From a virus (lineage: Duplodnaviria; Caudoviricetes): a stretch of DNA of 64,000 nucleotides. Position 1 is the stretch's first letter. Each line of letters starts with the position of its first letter. The position numbers and the translations under genes were made by a program. The stretch covers positions 927 through 64,926 of IMG/VR virus record IMGVR_UViG_3300037258_000171. The stretch is one strand, 5' to 3'. The notes beneath the pieces were generated by a model. That model had not been told where the DNA came from and made no database searches. It saw only the letters and a list, made by a program, of their open reading frames with translations. Below are positions 17,901 through 27,026 of the stretch, piece after piece.

Positions 17901-18845
17901 ATCACCGCCTACCAGAAGTTCACGCTGACGCAGCGGCTGGCCGACGACAACAGCCGGCTGCAGAACCTGGTGCAGCAGCGGAAGAAGCTGGTCAGCGAGA
18001 TCGCGGCCGCCGAGGCCCTGGCGAAGTCCGTCACGCAGGGCGCCATCTCGGGCGCCTCGATCATCGGCATCGCGGGCAGCACGCAGGCCGGACTCCAGCA
18101 GGCCGACCAGGCCCAGGGGGCGGCCGGGACCAGCGAGAACCCGTACCAGTCCATTCAGCAGGGCATGCGGTCCCAGCTCGCCCAGATTAAGCAGTTCAAG
18201 GCCGACATCGCGAAGCTGAAGAAAGAGGGCCTGGACAAGACCTCGATCAAGCAGCTCCTCCAGGCTGGCGTTTCCGGCGGCCTGCCGGTTGCCCAGCAGA
18301 TCCTGGCCGGCGGCGCCGGCGGCGTGAAGCAGATCTCGCAGCTGCAGAACGAGATCAACAAGGCCAGCAAGCAGCTAGGCATCACCGGGGCGAACGCGGC
18401 CTACGAGAACGCGTCACAAATCGGCAAGGGGCTGGCCCAGGGCCTGAAGGACTCCCTCAAGGGCATCGACAAGGCCATTGACCAGATCGCCCGCAGCCTG
18501 GTCACCAGCCTCATGACCGCCCTCGGGGCCAGCAGCAAGGCCATCAGGGAAGCGCTCAAGAAGCTCGACTCCGAGCTCGGCCTCGGCGGCGGCTCCGGAG
18601 GCGGCGGCGGGGCGGGCGGTCACAAGGTCACGCCGCCCCACCAGATCCTTCGGCCAGGGCCGATCGTGCCAGTCCATCCCGTCTCCGGAGGCGGGGGCGG
18701 AGGCGGGGGCGAGGTCATGCAGCCCGTCAACCTCACTGTCGTCCTGAACAAGGACGGGAAAGAGGAGAGCCGGGTCACGCGCTCCCTCAATTACCGGCAT
18801 GGCAAGCGAAACCCGGCGCTCTACCCCAACCTGCCCGGCCGCTGA
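14961..18845 (+). CDS. tape measure protein
   Basis: 1294 aa Ala/Gly-rich helical protein with SLQTHSPSKKFQKIG motif; follows the chaperone. Confidence 0.9.
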   Translation: MADGEFTEDVEIHVRPSGMAETADELEALDEKLHGVAAAGEEAGAGIAAGMAEAAAAEEEAAAEAGHLRDNLVEAGAAADESSASMAGLAAAQDAASAASKRLRDEQGALSAGMRNLRPGSLEDTLSKLRSELGGAGLGEAFTARKTGLGNFRVSPEDIPGGMPGAGNKPGSGNEFAERFKALEQEMGTYRSAAEKADEESRQLGQDIRTAGLSGAGAWSGARGEIEQAGEAVRKANAALAEASPVITKAGASLDAAAYHADGVAQATERWHSALSAVGSGGGVQDAISASEDLDHAFSGFRSAGDDALADLTEIRNAAAEAGQGLGAAGQAAGSLTGIFSGLGDAMGTVQPLMMPAAWGALGSAIAGVVPAALSLGAGFGSFAALAAPAFMQVKNGYSEISYARTAYLQAKGVEARDPTKSNLEAEQRDLAALKTAYAQVPADVRPAVKSIQDLKTAFTQVGKTSGIQGDALKDLPKAINDIKGLFPAMSKLGQSAAPEISKMLSGFGKFEKSKGFTSFISDLSKGIGPALSSLKSVGNAIGGLLSDLASPKFAKTGDSFISSIGAALKGITPAAMSAVTGGLHAMTGALNEIGSHGKDLTSAVNNFKQLEKLNFSNLKSGGSALNTLVGPYLKLLNNLPKIPQGGKGGTNPIVAGIENAAAQFGLGPDSPVMKVINAINKTHQAQVKQKVHVKTQVTRDPIPTNVLFPKAGLPTLNLKQKANVKLQVKDVGFDKLFGGRDLSKGVALPPTTIKVNSSGATQAKSQLNQVNDAQKKVSSTKSNVQVHFTGLAAARGQLDTLRSKLTQNWPSPHIKVSLTGAQQATSQLSQLGTAANRMASAVNAGATRASSAVTGMASQMRGAIAPLPGEFRAIGTAAGQGMAAGIEAGIPAAVAAAHSMAAQVEAAAKVSLQTHSPSKKFQKIGHDTILGFILGLEGGKSAVDAAMKAVLDGPSKNSTISKTVAKLQADINDAFAHQKITAYQKFTLTQRLADDNSRLQNLVQQRKKLVSEIAAAEALAKSVTQGAISGASIIGIAGSTQAGLQQADQAQGAAGTSENPYQSIQQGMRSQLAQIKQFKADIAKLKKEGLDKTSIKQLLQAGVSGGLPVAQQILAGGAGGVKQISQLQNEINKASKQLGITGANAAYENASQIGKGLAQGLKDSLKGIDKAIDQIARSLVTSLMTALGASSKAIREALKKLDSELGLGGGSGGGGGAGGHKVTPPHQILRPGPIVPVHPVSGGGGGGGGEVMQPVNLTVVLNKDGKEESRVTRSLNYRHGKRNPALYPNLPGR

Positions 18846-18878
18846 ACTTCACCCTCCCGCTGAACCCCTAGGAGTGCC

Positions 18879-19235
18879 ATGTCCGTACCCGACGCTGCCC
18901 CGATGGTGCTCAGGGTTCTTTGCCCGGGGTGCAGGAGCGAGGCGCTCACCAGCAACTGCGCCGACCCGGATGGCGCGTTCGACGCTGACCCCGGCACCGA
19001 CTGCCGGTGCTGCCCCGGCGACAGTCATCCCGGCCAGAGCCACGGCGAGGCCGCTCAGGCGTGCCCGCAGGGCCATGAGGACGCGGCGTGCGGCACCGGC
19101 CCGGACTGCCTGGTGCATACCCCTGCTGGCGAGGACTGCCCGGGCGGTCACTGCGGGCCGGGCGTGGACGGCTGCACCGTCTGCCGCCCGCTGATCATCT
19201 TCGCTGGCGCCCTGCTCGGCGGGGAGGCGGTCTGA
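18879..19235 (+). CDS. Cys/His-rich putative metal-binding protein
   Basis: AGGAG SD; 13 Cys and 5 His in 118 aa. Confidence 0.6.
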   Translation: MSVPDAAPMVLRVLCPGCRSEALTSNCADPDGAFDADPGTDCRCCPGDSHPGQSHGEAAQACPQGHEDAACGTGPDCLVHTPAGEDCPGGHCGPGVDGCTVCRPLIIFAGALLGGEAV

Positions 19236-19236
19236 C

Positions 19237-19632
19237 GTGGCGATGTACTCAGCCGCCGACGCGAATGCGACGCTAGCTGCCAATCTGGGCATCGGGTCTG
19301 CTTACACGACGGTGACCGGCACGCACATCCGGCTCGGCACGACGGTCGGCACGGCCACGGTCGCCATGACCGAGCTGACCGGGTCGGGCTACATCACGGG
19401 CGGCTCGTCCATCTCGTGGAACGCCCCGTCCGGGCAGGCGACCAGCAACTCGGGCGCGGTGTCGTGGACGAACGGCGGGTCTACCTGGCCGATCGCGGGC
19501 CTGGAGATCTGGGACGTGGCAGGGACTCCGGTGCGGCACTATTTCGGCGCCTGGACAGGTCAGCCCATATCGGTGATCAACGGCAACGTGTTCCAGGCCT
19601 CGGCCGGGGCCGTCGCTCCGTCCCTGGTCTAG
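19237..19632 (+). CDS. minor tail protein (small tail-fibre-associated family)
   Basis: ELTGSGY...SISWNAPSG...SNSGAVSW...EIWDVAG...G pattern common in actinophage tails. Confidence 0.75.
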   Translation: MAMYSAADANATLAANLGIGSAYTTVTGTHIRLGTTVGTATVAMTELTGSGYITGGSSISWNAPSGQATSNSGAVSWTNGGSTWPIAGLEIWDVAGTPVRHYFGAWTGQPISVINGNVFQASAGAVAPSLV

Positions 19633-19681
19633 GTTTATCCGTCTTCGTCCGGTAATGGCCACGCCACGGCGGGGGTGAGAC

Positions 19682-21058
19682 GTGGCCGTCTCTGTCGTTC
19701 AGACCGCCACGCCCGCCACTCCGGTCGGGACGACCGCGACCTGCACCTTCGCATCCCCGGTCACGGCCGGGAACACGATCTGCGCCTCGGTCTCCGTCCT
19801 CGACGGCGGCACGGCCGGGTTCACGGTCGCCTTCACCCTCGGCTCCAGCCCCGACAACTGGCTGCTGCACCGCAAGGCCACCCGGTCGGCCTCGGGCAGC
19901 AACATCTACACCGCGCAGTGGGCCGACTCCGGCTGCGCGGGAGGCGCGTCGGGCGTCACCGTCACCCTTTCCGGGGCGACGGGCGGTTTCGACACCAGCA
20001 TCATCCTGGAAGCATGGGAAGTCGCCGGCCTGTCCAGCGCGGCCGAGGACGGGACGGGCGCCAGCAGCGGCAGCTCCACCGCCTACAGCACCGGGTCGTT
20101 CACGCCGAATTCCACGACCACCGCCGCTGATGAGTTCTGGTGGGGCTCGGTCACCTTCGGCTCGTCGCTGACAGCGTCGTTCCCGTCCGGCTGGACGAAC
20201 ACCGCCAAGCTCACCACGTCGCTCGGCCAGGCGATGGTCGCCGGCTACCAGGTCCGGACGACCACCGGCTCGCCGCTGTACTCCGGGACGCTGTCCGGGG
20301 CGGGCGGCCAGTGGGCCTGCTCCGGGGCGACACTGAAGGCCGGCTCCATCTCGGCCACGGCGACACTGGCCGGGCACGGCACCGAGTCCGCCGCCGGCGC
20401 CATCGGCGGCGCCAGTCCCCCGGCCGGCGAGGGGACGCTGACCGCCACTCCCTCGGGCGGCCTGCCGGACACCTGGACCGGCGCGGGTACGGGCACTCTC
20501 GGCGCGACCGCCACGGAGACCAGCGAGGGCACGGCATCCCTCGCGGGAGCCGGCACCCTGGCCGGCACGCCCGGCACCGCGCCCATCACCGTTGTCAACC
20601 AGTGGCAGGGCACTCTCGCGCAGAACCCTCAGTTCGGGCCGAGCCTTCCCGCCGCGCCGACATGCAACGTCCCGCTGACTCATGCTGCGTCGGTCGGCGG
20701 CGGGTCCGGTGTTCCCACGCCAGGCAACTGGCTGTTCGCCGCCGTGGGATGGCGGCAGGACCCCGGCATCCCCGGGATCACCATCGCCGTCCAGGACGAC
20801 GGGCACCAGTGGAACCGCCCGAACCAGCCGTCCTCCGGGACGGGCCTCACCCGGTGCGTCCTGTGGTACCAGCCGAACATCGGCGCGGTCACCGGCTTCG
20901 CCCCGGCGATCGTCTACGTCGCGCCTTCCGGCTACGTCGCGTCGATGTCGGTGCTGGTGTTCGAGGTGACCGGCATCGGCACGTGGGATGACCAGGTGGC
21001 AGTCGGGGTGAACTACAGCGGCTCGGCGCTCTCGCTGAATCTCACGCTGACGCTCTAG
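19682..21058 (+). CDS. minor tail protein, beta-sandwich domains with G-x-G-T-L-x-A repeats
   Basis: T/S/G-rich; FASPVTAGN, WEVAGL and PSGWT motifs. Confidence 0.75.
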   Translation: MAVSVVQTATPATPVGTTATCTFASPVTAGNTICASVSVLDGGTAGFTVAFTLGSSPDNWLLHRKATRSASGSNIYTAQWADSGCAGGASGVTVTLSGATGGFDTSIILEAWEVAGLSSAAEDGTGASSGSSTAYSTGSFTPNSTTTAADEFWWGSVTFGSSLTASFPSGWTNTAKLTTSLGQAMVAGYQVRTTTGSPLYSGTLSGAGGQWACSGATLKAGSISATATLAGHGTESAAGAIGGASPPAGEGTLTATPSGGLPDTWTGAGTGTLGATATETSEGTASLAGAGTLAGTPGTAPITVVNQWQGTLAQNPQFGPSLPAAPTCNVPLTHAASVGGGSGVPTPGNWLFAAVGWRQDPGIPGITIAVQDDGHQWNRPNQPSSGTGLTRCVLWYQPNIGAVTGFAPAIVYVAPSGYVASMSVLVFEVTGIGTWDDQVAVGVNYSGSALSLNLTLTL

Positions 21059-21075
21059 GCGGAGGGGGGCGGCCG

Positions 21076-24024
21076 GTGCCGGTCTACTTCCCCGGCGTCC
21101 CCGGCCCGGTAGTCCGGCCGCTGTCGTGGCCGTCCTCGCCTGCCTCGGCGGAGAGCGGCACCGGCACGCTGGCCGCTGCGGGAGCGGTCCTCAGCGAGGG
21201 CACCGCGGCCCCGGCCGGCTCCGGGACTCTCGCCGCCGCGGCTACGACGGCGCCCGCGCTTACCTTCGCCGTGGCCATCGCCTGCGGCAGCAGCACCACG
21301 GCGGGCACGAAGGTCACCCCGTCCGGGTGGACCCCGCTGCACACCGTCAGCGCGTCGAACGGCGTGGATCACTCCGGGGACTGCGTCCTGGCCGCCGCGG
21401 TCACCACGACCTCATCGAGCACGACGATCAGCGCCACGGCGACCACGGCTGAGGCGATGTCCGGGCAGGTCGCCGGCTACCTGGTGAACGCCCCGGACCC
21501 GCGCCCGGCCGGGCTGAACCCGAACTGGCCCTACGTCCTGGTCGAGTGCGCCTTCGGGTCGGGTTACATGACCCCGCCGGACCAGATGACCTGGACGAAC
21601 ATCCAGTCGCAGGCGAACGGCAGGCGACTCCGGTCCGACAGTGAGACCACGGGCGCCGAGTACGAGCTCGCCGCGCTTGAGGCATCCGAGCTGACGCTGG
21701 TCCTGGACAACCCGGACGGCTGGCTCAGCCCGGGGAATCCGAGCTCGCCCTGGGCGCCATTCGTGGTTCCTGGCGTGCCCATCAGGATCCGCGCCATCCC
21801 GCCGGCTTCAACTGGCTGCAATGCCTGGACCGTCATCCAGCGGAACGTGGAGCGCTGGCCGCAGTCGTGGGATCCGAATAAGCGCGGCCTGACCAATGCC
21901 ACCGGCACCGACATCTGGTCCGTGGTGGCGAAGACGCTGCCGACCGCCTACCGGGCCGAGGTGCTGGGCGAGCTGGCGCTGTACGCCGCCTGGTTCGGCG
22001 ACGACCCGGCCACGGTCCCGCTCCCGGTGTCGCTGGTGAACGCGGCGCCGGGCAACGCGAGCCCGCTGCGGATCGTCACCAGCCCCGCCGGCCTGGCGTC
22101 CACGCTCACCACGCCGTTCACCGCGGCCTACTCGGCGGTGCAGGACTTCGCCGCGAACTCGGGCTGGATGTACGGCGACCCCGCGTCGTCGTCGTGGCAG
22201 CAGTCCGGCAACGGCTCGGGGACCACGGGCCGGTACCTGATGTGCCAGGACTCCGGCTTCCCGCCGCTGTCCGGCGGGGTGACCATCGAGCACTGGTTCA
22301 ACCTGGCGTTCCTCGGCACCGGCTCGGGGTCGGGCACGGGCGCCGTCCAGGGCCCGTACACCCAGCCGCCGTCCACCACGCTGGTGCTGTGGGAGATCGC
22401 CTCCGCGACGGCACCCCTGGCCTCACTCCAGGTGAGCACGTCCGGGGCGCTGCAGCTGGTCACCTGGTCGGGCTCCACTCCGACGACGCACGCCATCTAC
22501 TCCGGCTCCGACGTGCGGAACACCACCTGGACGGGCGTCACGGTCACGCTGACGCAGACCGGGTGGCAGGCGTGGGTCAACGGCGGGGTCGTGGCCTTCG
22601 CGTCCGGCAGCGCCAGCATGGGCTCGTCCTGGAGCTACTTCCTCGCCGGGGCGGGGACGGGGAACTCCGGCGGCGGCGCCTCCCCGGCGGGCATCCCGAA
22701 CTGCGCGCACTCCTCGATCGCCGTCTACGGCAGCGTCCTTCCCGCACCGCGGGTCATGGCCCACTACATGGCCGCCTACGCCGGCTTCGGCCAGCTCCCC
22801 GCCCCGGCCCTCAGCGCTCAGTTCATCTCGCAGAGCAGCGCCTTCATCGGCGCCTACGCGCCGGACGGGAACATCTACACCGGGGCGTTCTTCGGCACGC
22901 CCATCAGCCTGGGCCTGTACCAGCCGTCCCTCGCCGCTGAGGCCGCTGGCACCGGAGGGGGTCTTACCTCAGGCCCCGCGGTCCCCGAGTCGGTGACCAT
23001 CCAGCCGCCGGTCGCCGACCCGGCCACCGCGGTCTCCGGGTTCAACTGGCTGACCGCGTCCGGGCAGGCTGTCCCGCAGTACGCCTGGTACACCTCGCAG
23101 GGCGCGGGGAGCGAGAAGCTGGCCGCGACCACGCTCCAGAACTACCTGTACGTGAACAGCTACGCCTCCGGCGCCGCCATGCCCTCAGTGCCGTCCGCGC
23201 TCGGGGACACCGTCCAGCAGCGCATCGAGCGGCTGCTGGCGGCCGGGCTCGTCACGACCCCGGCCAGGGCGATCGACGCGGCCACGTCGCCCGTGGTCGC
23301 CGCGCTGGACACAGGCGGGCAGGCGTGCGGCTCGGCCGTGCAGAACATCGCGCAGAGTGACGGCGGTCTCCTGGCGGTGGACAATATGGGCTGCCTCTTC
23401 TTTTTCAGCAAGCCGCACCTGGCGTCCATGCCGGTGCTCTGGGTACTTGGCGAGGATGTCGCCTCGGGGATGATCCCCTACCTGCCCGATGCGGAATTTG
23501 ACACCGATCCCCAGCAGTGCCGGAACGACATCCAGATCACGCAGGCATCCGTGGCTCCGGACGCTGCCGGCGGCGGTGGCGGGGAGTCATCGGGCAGCGG
23601 CGAGACGTCGGTCGGGCTGACCTTCGGTCCATCGGCGGCACTCCAGGCGGCGATGGTCGCGAGCCAGTTGCAGAACGGCCCGCAGGGATACTCAAGTACG
23701 AACTATCTCCAGTCAACCGCATCAATCCAGGCATTTTGCGACTGGCTAGGCGAGAACTACGGGTCGCCGCGCCAGCGCATCTCGAACATGACGGTGGATG
23801 CTGCGCCGATGACGCGCTCGGCCCCCCAGTCGTGGCTGATGATGCTGGGGGCGAATTGCGGCGATGTAATGCAAGCCTTCCGTAGTCCGCCTGGTCAGCC
23901 CTCTTTCAACGGTATCTACAGAATTAGCCAGATACGCCGGAAACTCTCGTTTGGCGAGGGCGGCCAGGTGACGGCGGCGATCACCGTGCTCGGCGACTAC
24001 TGGACCGACGAGATGTGGACTTAA
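21076..24024 (+). CDS. large minor tail/baseplate protein with a LamG/ConA-like domain
   Basis: GGAGG SD; TLVLDNPDGWLSPGNPSSPW...PIRIRA, GVTIEHWF, RIERLL...AQSDGG. Confidence 0.8.
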   Translation: MPVYFPGVPGPVVRPLSWPSSPASAESGTGTLAAAGAVLSEGTAAPAGSGTLAAAATTAPALTFAVAIACGSSTTAGTKVTPSGWTPLHTVSASNGVDHSGDCVLAAAVTTTSSSTTISATATTAEAMSGQVAGYLVNAPDPRPAGLNPNWPYVLVECAFGSGYMTPPDQMTWTNIQSQANGRRLRSDSETTGAEYELAALEASELTLVLDNPDGWLSPGNPSSPWAPFVVPGVPIRIRAIPPASTGCNAWTVIQRNVERWPQSWDPNKRGLTNATGTDIWSVVAKTLPTAYRAEVLGELALYAAWFGDDPATVPLPVSLVNAAPGNASPLRIVTSPAGLASTLTTPFTAAYSAVQDFAANSGWMYGDPASSSWQQSGNGSGTTGRYLMCQDSGFPPLSGGVTIEHWFNLAFLGTGSGSGTGAVQGPYTQPPSTTLVLWEIASATAPLASLQVSTSGALQLVTWSGSTPTTHAIYSGSDVRNTTWTGVTVTLTQTGWQAWVNGGVVAFASGSASMGSSWSYFLAGAGTGNSGGGASPAGIPNCAHSSIAVYGSVLPAPRVMAHYMAAYAGFGQLPAPALSAQFISQSSAFIGAYAPDGNIYTGAFFGTPISLGLYQPSLAAEAAGTGGGLTSGPAVPESVTIQPPVADPATAVSGFNWLTASGQAVPQYAWYTSQGAGSEKLAATTLQNYLYVNSYASGAAMPSVPSALGDTVQQRIERLLAAGLVTTPARAIDAATSPVVAALDTGGQACGSAVQNIAQSDGGLLAVDNMGCLFFFSKPHLASMPVLWVLGEDVASGMIPYLPDAEFDTDPQQCRNDIQITQASVAPDAAGGGGGESSGSGETSVGLTFGPSAALQAAMVASQLQNGPQGYSSTNYLQSTASIQAFCDWLGENYGSPRQRISNMTVDAAPMTRSAPQSWLMMLGANCGDVMQAFRSPPGQPSFNGIYRISQIRRKLSFGEGGQVTAAITVLGDYWTDEMWT

Positions 24025-24026
24025 GC

Positions 24027-24045
24027 GCCCTCGCCGGGGTTTTTC
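24027..24045 (+). terminator. possible weak intrinsic terminator
   Basis: ccctcgccgggg followed by TTTTT. Confidence 0.35.
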
Positions 24046-24098
24046 GTACAACCACTCTAGCGGCTCGCTAGCGCCGTCAGCTCATCTCGCACACGGAC

Positions 24099-27026
24099 AT
24101 GGGGGGCGTTTTGAGCCAGTCGCGCTACTACGTTTCGACGGCGTCCGCCACTACGCTCCCCTCCGGCTGCGGGGCGTCGGACACGACACTCACCATCGCC
24201 GCCATGCCGGGCACCTGGCCCGCGCAGTACCCCTACGGACTGCTGGCGGACTGGGGTCTTTCCACCCAGGAGGTCATGCTCGTCACGGGGGCGCCGACCG
24301 GCGGCGGCCCGTTCGTCATCCCGGTCACGCGCGGGGCAGACGGGACCACCGCGCAGTCCCACGCCACAGGCGCCGAGGTCGTGCACGGGGTCAGCGGCGA
24401 GGACTTCAACCAGTGGTCAGCGTTCATCGACAGCCTGACCGGCACTGCGGCGTCCAGCTTCACGCAGCGGTCGAACAACCTCTCCGACCTCGCCAGCGCC
24501 GGGACTGCCAGGACGAACCTGGGGCTGGGCACGGCGGCCACCCAGGCATCCTCCGCGTTCGACGCTGCCGGGGCTGCCTCGGCGGCAGTGGCCACGGAGA
24601 CCACCCGCGCCGAGGCCGCGGAGGCCCTGCTGGCGCCGCTAGCGTCCCCCGGCCTGACCGGAACACCAACCGCACCGACGAAGACGGCCCTGACGAGCTC
24701 CACGGCCCTCGCCACCACGGCCTACGCAGATGCAGCCGTGGGCGCGGAGACCACGCGGGCGCAGGCGGCCGAGGCGGCCAAAACCAACCTGCTCACCAAG
24801 ACCGCCGTCAAGACCACCACGTACACCGCTGCCGCAGGCGACTACGTGGCGTGCGACTCGACCTCGGGCACGTTCACCGTCACGCTGCCGAACGCCCCGG
24901 CAGTCGCCACGGTGGTCGGGGTCAAGCTCGTCACCTCGGCGGCGTCCGTCAATGCCGTCACGGTGGCGTGCGCCGGGTCGGACGTGCTGAACAAGTCCGG
25001 TGGCTCGACCACTTACACGCTGAGCCTGCTCAGCCAGGGCGCCACCTTCCAGTACGGAAGCGGCGGCATCTGGCTTGTCCAGAACGATGACCTGCCGCTG
25101 GGGCAGATGGATGCCCGGTACGCGAACGTGTTCTCGCCGCTGGCGTTCGGCGCGGCGGGCAACGGCACCACCGACGACACGACCGCCCTGCAGAACTGCG
25201 CTGCCGCGGCAGCCGCAGCCAAGGGCGTCATGGACCTCGGCACCCGGACTTTCAAGACCACCTCGGCGATCACCGTCAGCAACGACCTCCACGTATGCGG
25301 ATCCGGGCTAAATGGCGGCGTAATCACCAACGGCGCCTCCGATCTGTTCTCCGTGTCGGGAACAGTGACCAGTGTCAACTTCATCAGCTGCTCCCTGTTC
25401 GCGTCGGCCGGGCATGTCTTCAACTGCGCGAGCGGCGCGAACACCGGCTTCTGGAACATCCTGAACTGCAACCTGGGACAGGCGGGGGGCAGCTTCAGCA
25501 TCTGGTACATGCCCAGTGGCAACTACATCGACATGCTCGTTGGTGATAACTGCTTCATGACGTGTGCTGCTACTGCCTCAGTGTCCCCCTGGTACATAGT
25601 CTCGACCGGCGGCAGCGCATGTAACAGCAACACCTGGCGGCGCATGCGGATGACTGCGAATCACGCCCAGGTTCCCTGGTTCCACATCGAGAATCAGAGT
25701 GGCGTATCTGTCGATAATCAGTTCTCCGGGATAACCGGTGAGGTGTGCGATGGCGGCCTCATTCAGCTGAGATCCTGCCTGGGCGCAACAATGGAGAACT
25801 TCTGCGCTTATGACACGACTGTTTTCACCGGGCACCTGTACGACATCGGAACTCACGTCGGCGCCGGCCAGTCGGGGAACATAACGATCCGCAATTCAGG
25901 CCGGCGCGGCGGAGCCCTCGGCTCCCCGGCGTGGGCCGCGACCACCTCCTACGCTGCGGGGGTCTACGTCCACCCCACAGTGTGGAACGGCCACGTCTAC
26001 AAGTGCACCGTCGCCGGAACTTCAGGCGGCAGCGAGCCCACGTGGATCACCACCGGGCCGCCGAACACTCAGACGGACGGCGGCGTCACCTGGGAGGATC
26101 TCGGCAGCGGGTTCGCTCAGACCGTATATGACGTCAATACTGACGGCAACGTGACGGCGCTGATCCTGGAGAACGCCGGGCCGCAGAGCGGTAGCGCGTC
26201 GTATAACCTTCCCGCTCGCACGGGCGGCGCCGAGGCGACGACGACGATTCTCGGGCAATCCGGCGCGGTGGTCCCCGGCGTAGTGTCCACGATGAACGAG
26301 GTCGCTATCTCATCGGCGACCACCCTTGTCACGTCGGATCTGGGCAAGATGCACGCCTGCGCCCTGTCCTCGGCGGGGTACACATTCACGCTGCCTGCCC
26401 CCACGTTCTTCACTGGCCAGCAGATAGGCGTGCGGGTCACTCCGGCAAGCACCAAACTGCTGACGCTCGCCACCGCTGCGGGGAACATCGACGGCGCCTC
26501 GACCCGGATCATGTGGGCCGGGGAGTCGGCGATCCTGGAGTCGGACGGCACGAACTGGGTCAAGATCGCGGGCAAGACGCTGCCCATGCAGGGCGTCATG
26601 GTCGGCACCAGCACGAGCACCGCCACCGGCACGGTAACCAACGTCCCGCTCGGCGCCACCTACATTGACAACACCGGGCTGATGTGCGACCCGACGACGG
26701 GCAAGACGATTACCGTCCAGCGTCCCGCTACCTACTCCGTGCTGGGACGGATTGAGTGGAACACAATGCCGGCCGCCAGCAACCGCACCATCACGGTCTG
26801 CTACAAGAACGGCAGCGGCAGCACCGTGGTTGCCCAGGATGAGCGCACCGCCGGGAACGCAAGCTCGCCCTGCATCAGTGCCGTGGGCACCGTCACGTTC
26901 GCTGCTAGCGACACCTGCACGCTGAACGCCTTCCAGAACAGCGGCTCATCAGTCAGCACCGTGGGGGGCTCCACCCCGTTCGGCGCCGGAACGATCATGT
27001 CGCTGACTGAGATCCCCGCCTGGTAG
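24099..27026 (+). CDS. tailspike/receptor-binding protein with a pectate-lyase-like beta-helix, a CBM5/12-like module and a C-terminal beta-sandwich
   Basis: LASPGLTGTPTAPT fibre repeat; FGAAGNGTTDDTTALQ beta-helix cap; WAATTSY...YKCTVAGTSGGSEPTW...DGGVTW module. Confidence 0.85.
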   Translation: MGGVLSQSRYYVSTASATTLPSGCGASDTTLTIAAMPGTWPAQYPYGLLADWGLSTQEVMLVTGAPTGGGPFVIPVTRGADGTTAQSHATGAEVVHGVSGEDFNQWSAFIDSLTGTAASSFTQRSNNLSDLASAGTARTNLGLGTAATQASSAFDAAGAASAAVATETTRAEAAEALLAPLASPGLTGTPTAPTKTALTSSTALATTAYADAAVGAETTRAQAAEAAKTNLLTKTAVKTTTYTAAAGDYVACDSTSGTFTVTLPNAPAVATVVGVKLVTSAASVNAVTVACAGSDVLNKSGGSTTYTLSLLSQGATFQYGSGGIWLVQNDDLPLGQMDARYANVFSPLAFGAAGNGTTDDTTALQNCAAAAAAAKGVMDLGTRTFKTTSAITVSNDLHVCGSGLNGGVITNGASDLFSVSGTVTSVNFISCSLFASAGHVFNCASGANTGFWNILNCNLGQAGGSFSIWYMPSGNYIDMLVGDNCFMTCAATASVSPWYIVSTGGSACNSNTWRRMRMTANHAQVPWFHIENQSGVSVDNQFSGITGEVCDGGLIQLRSCLGATMENFCAYDTTVFTGHLYDIGTHVGAGQSGNITIRNSGRRGGALGSPAWAATTSYAAGVYVHPTVWNGHVYKCTVAGTSGGSEPTWITTGPPNTQTDGGVTWEDLGSGFAQTVYDVNTDGNVTALILENAGPQSGSASYNLPARTGGAEATTTILGQSGAVVPGVVSTMNEVAISSATTLVTSDLGKMHACALSSAGYTFTLPAPTFFTGQQIGVRVTPASTKLLTLATAAGNIDGASTRIMWAGESAILESDGTNWVKIAGKTLPMQGVMVGTSTSTATGTVTNVPLGATYIDNTGLMCDPTTGKTITVQRPATYSVLGRIEWNTMPAASNRTITVCYKNGSGSTVVAQDERTAGNASSPCISAVGTVTFAASDTCTLNAFQNSGSSVSTVGGSTPFGAGTIMSLTEIPAW

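Noticed and set aside
21040-21080. Readthrough or frameshift fusing the two minor tail genes
   Set aside because: The genes are in different frames, no slippery heptamer precedes the stop, and the downstream gene has its own GGAGG SD.
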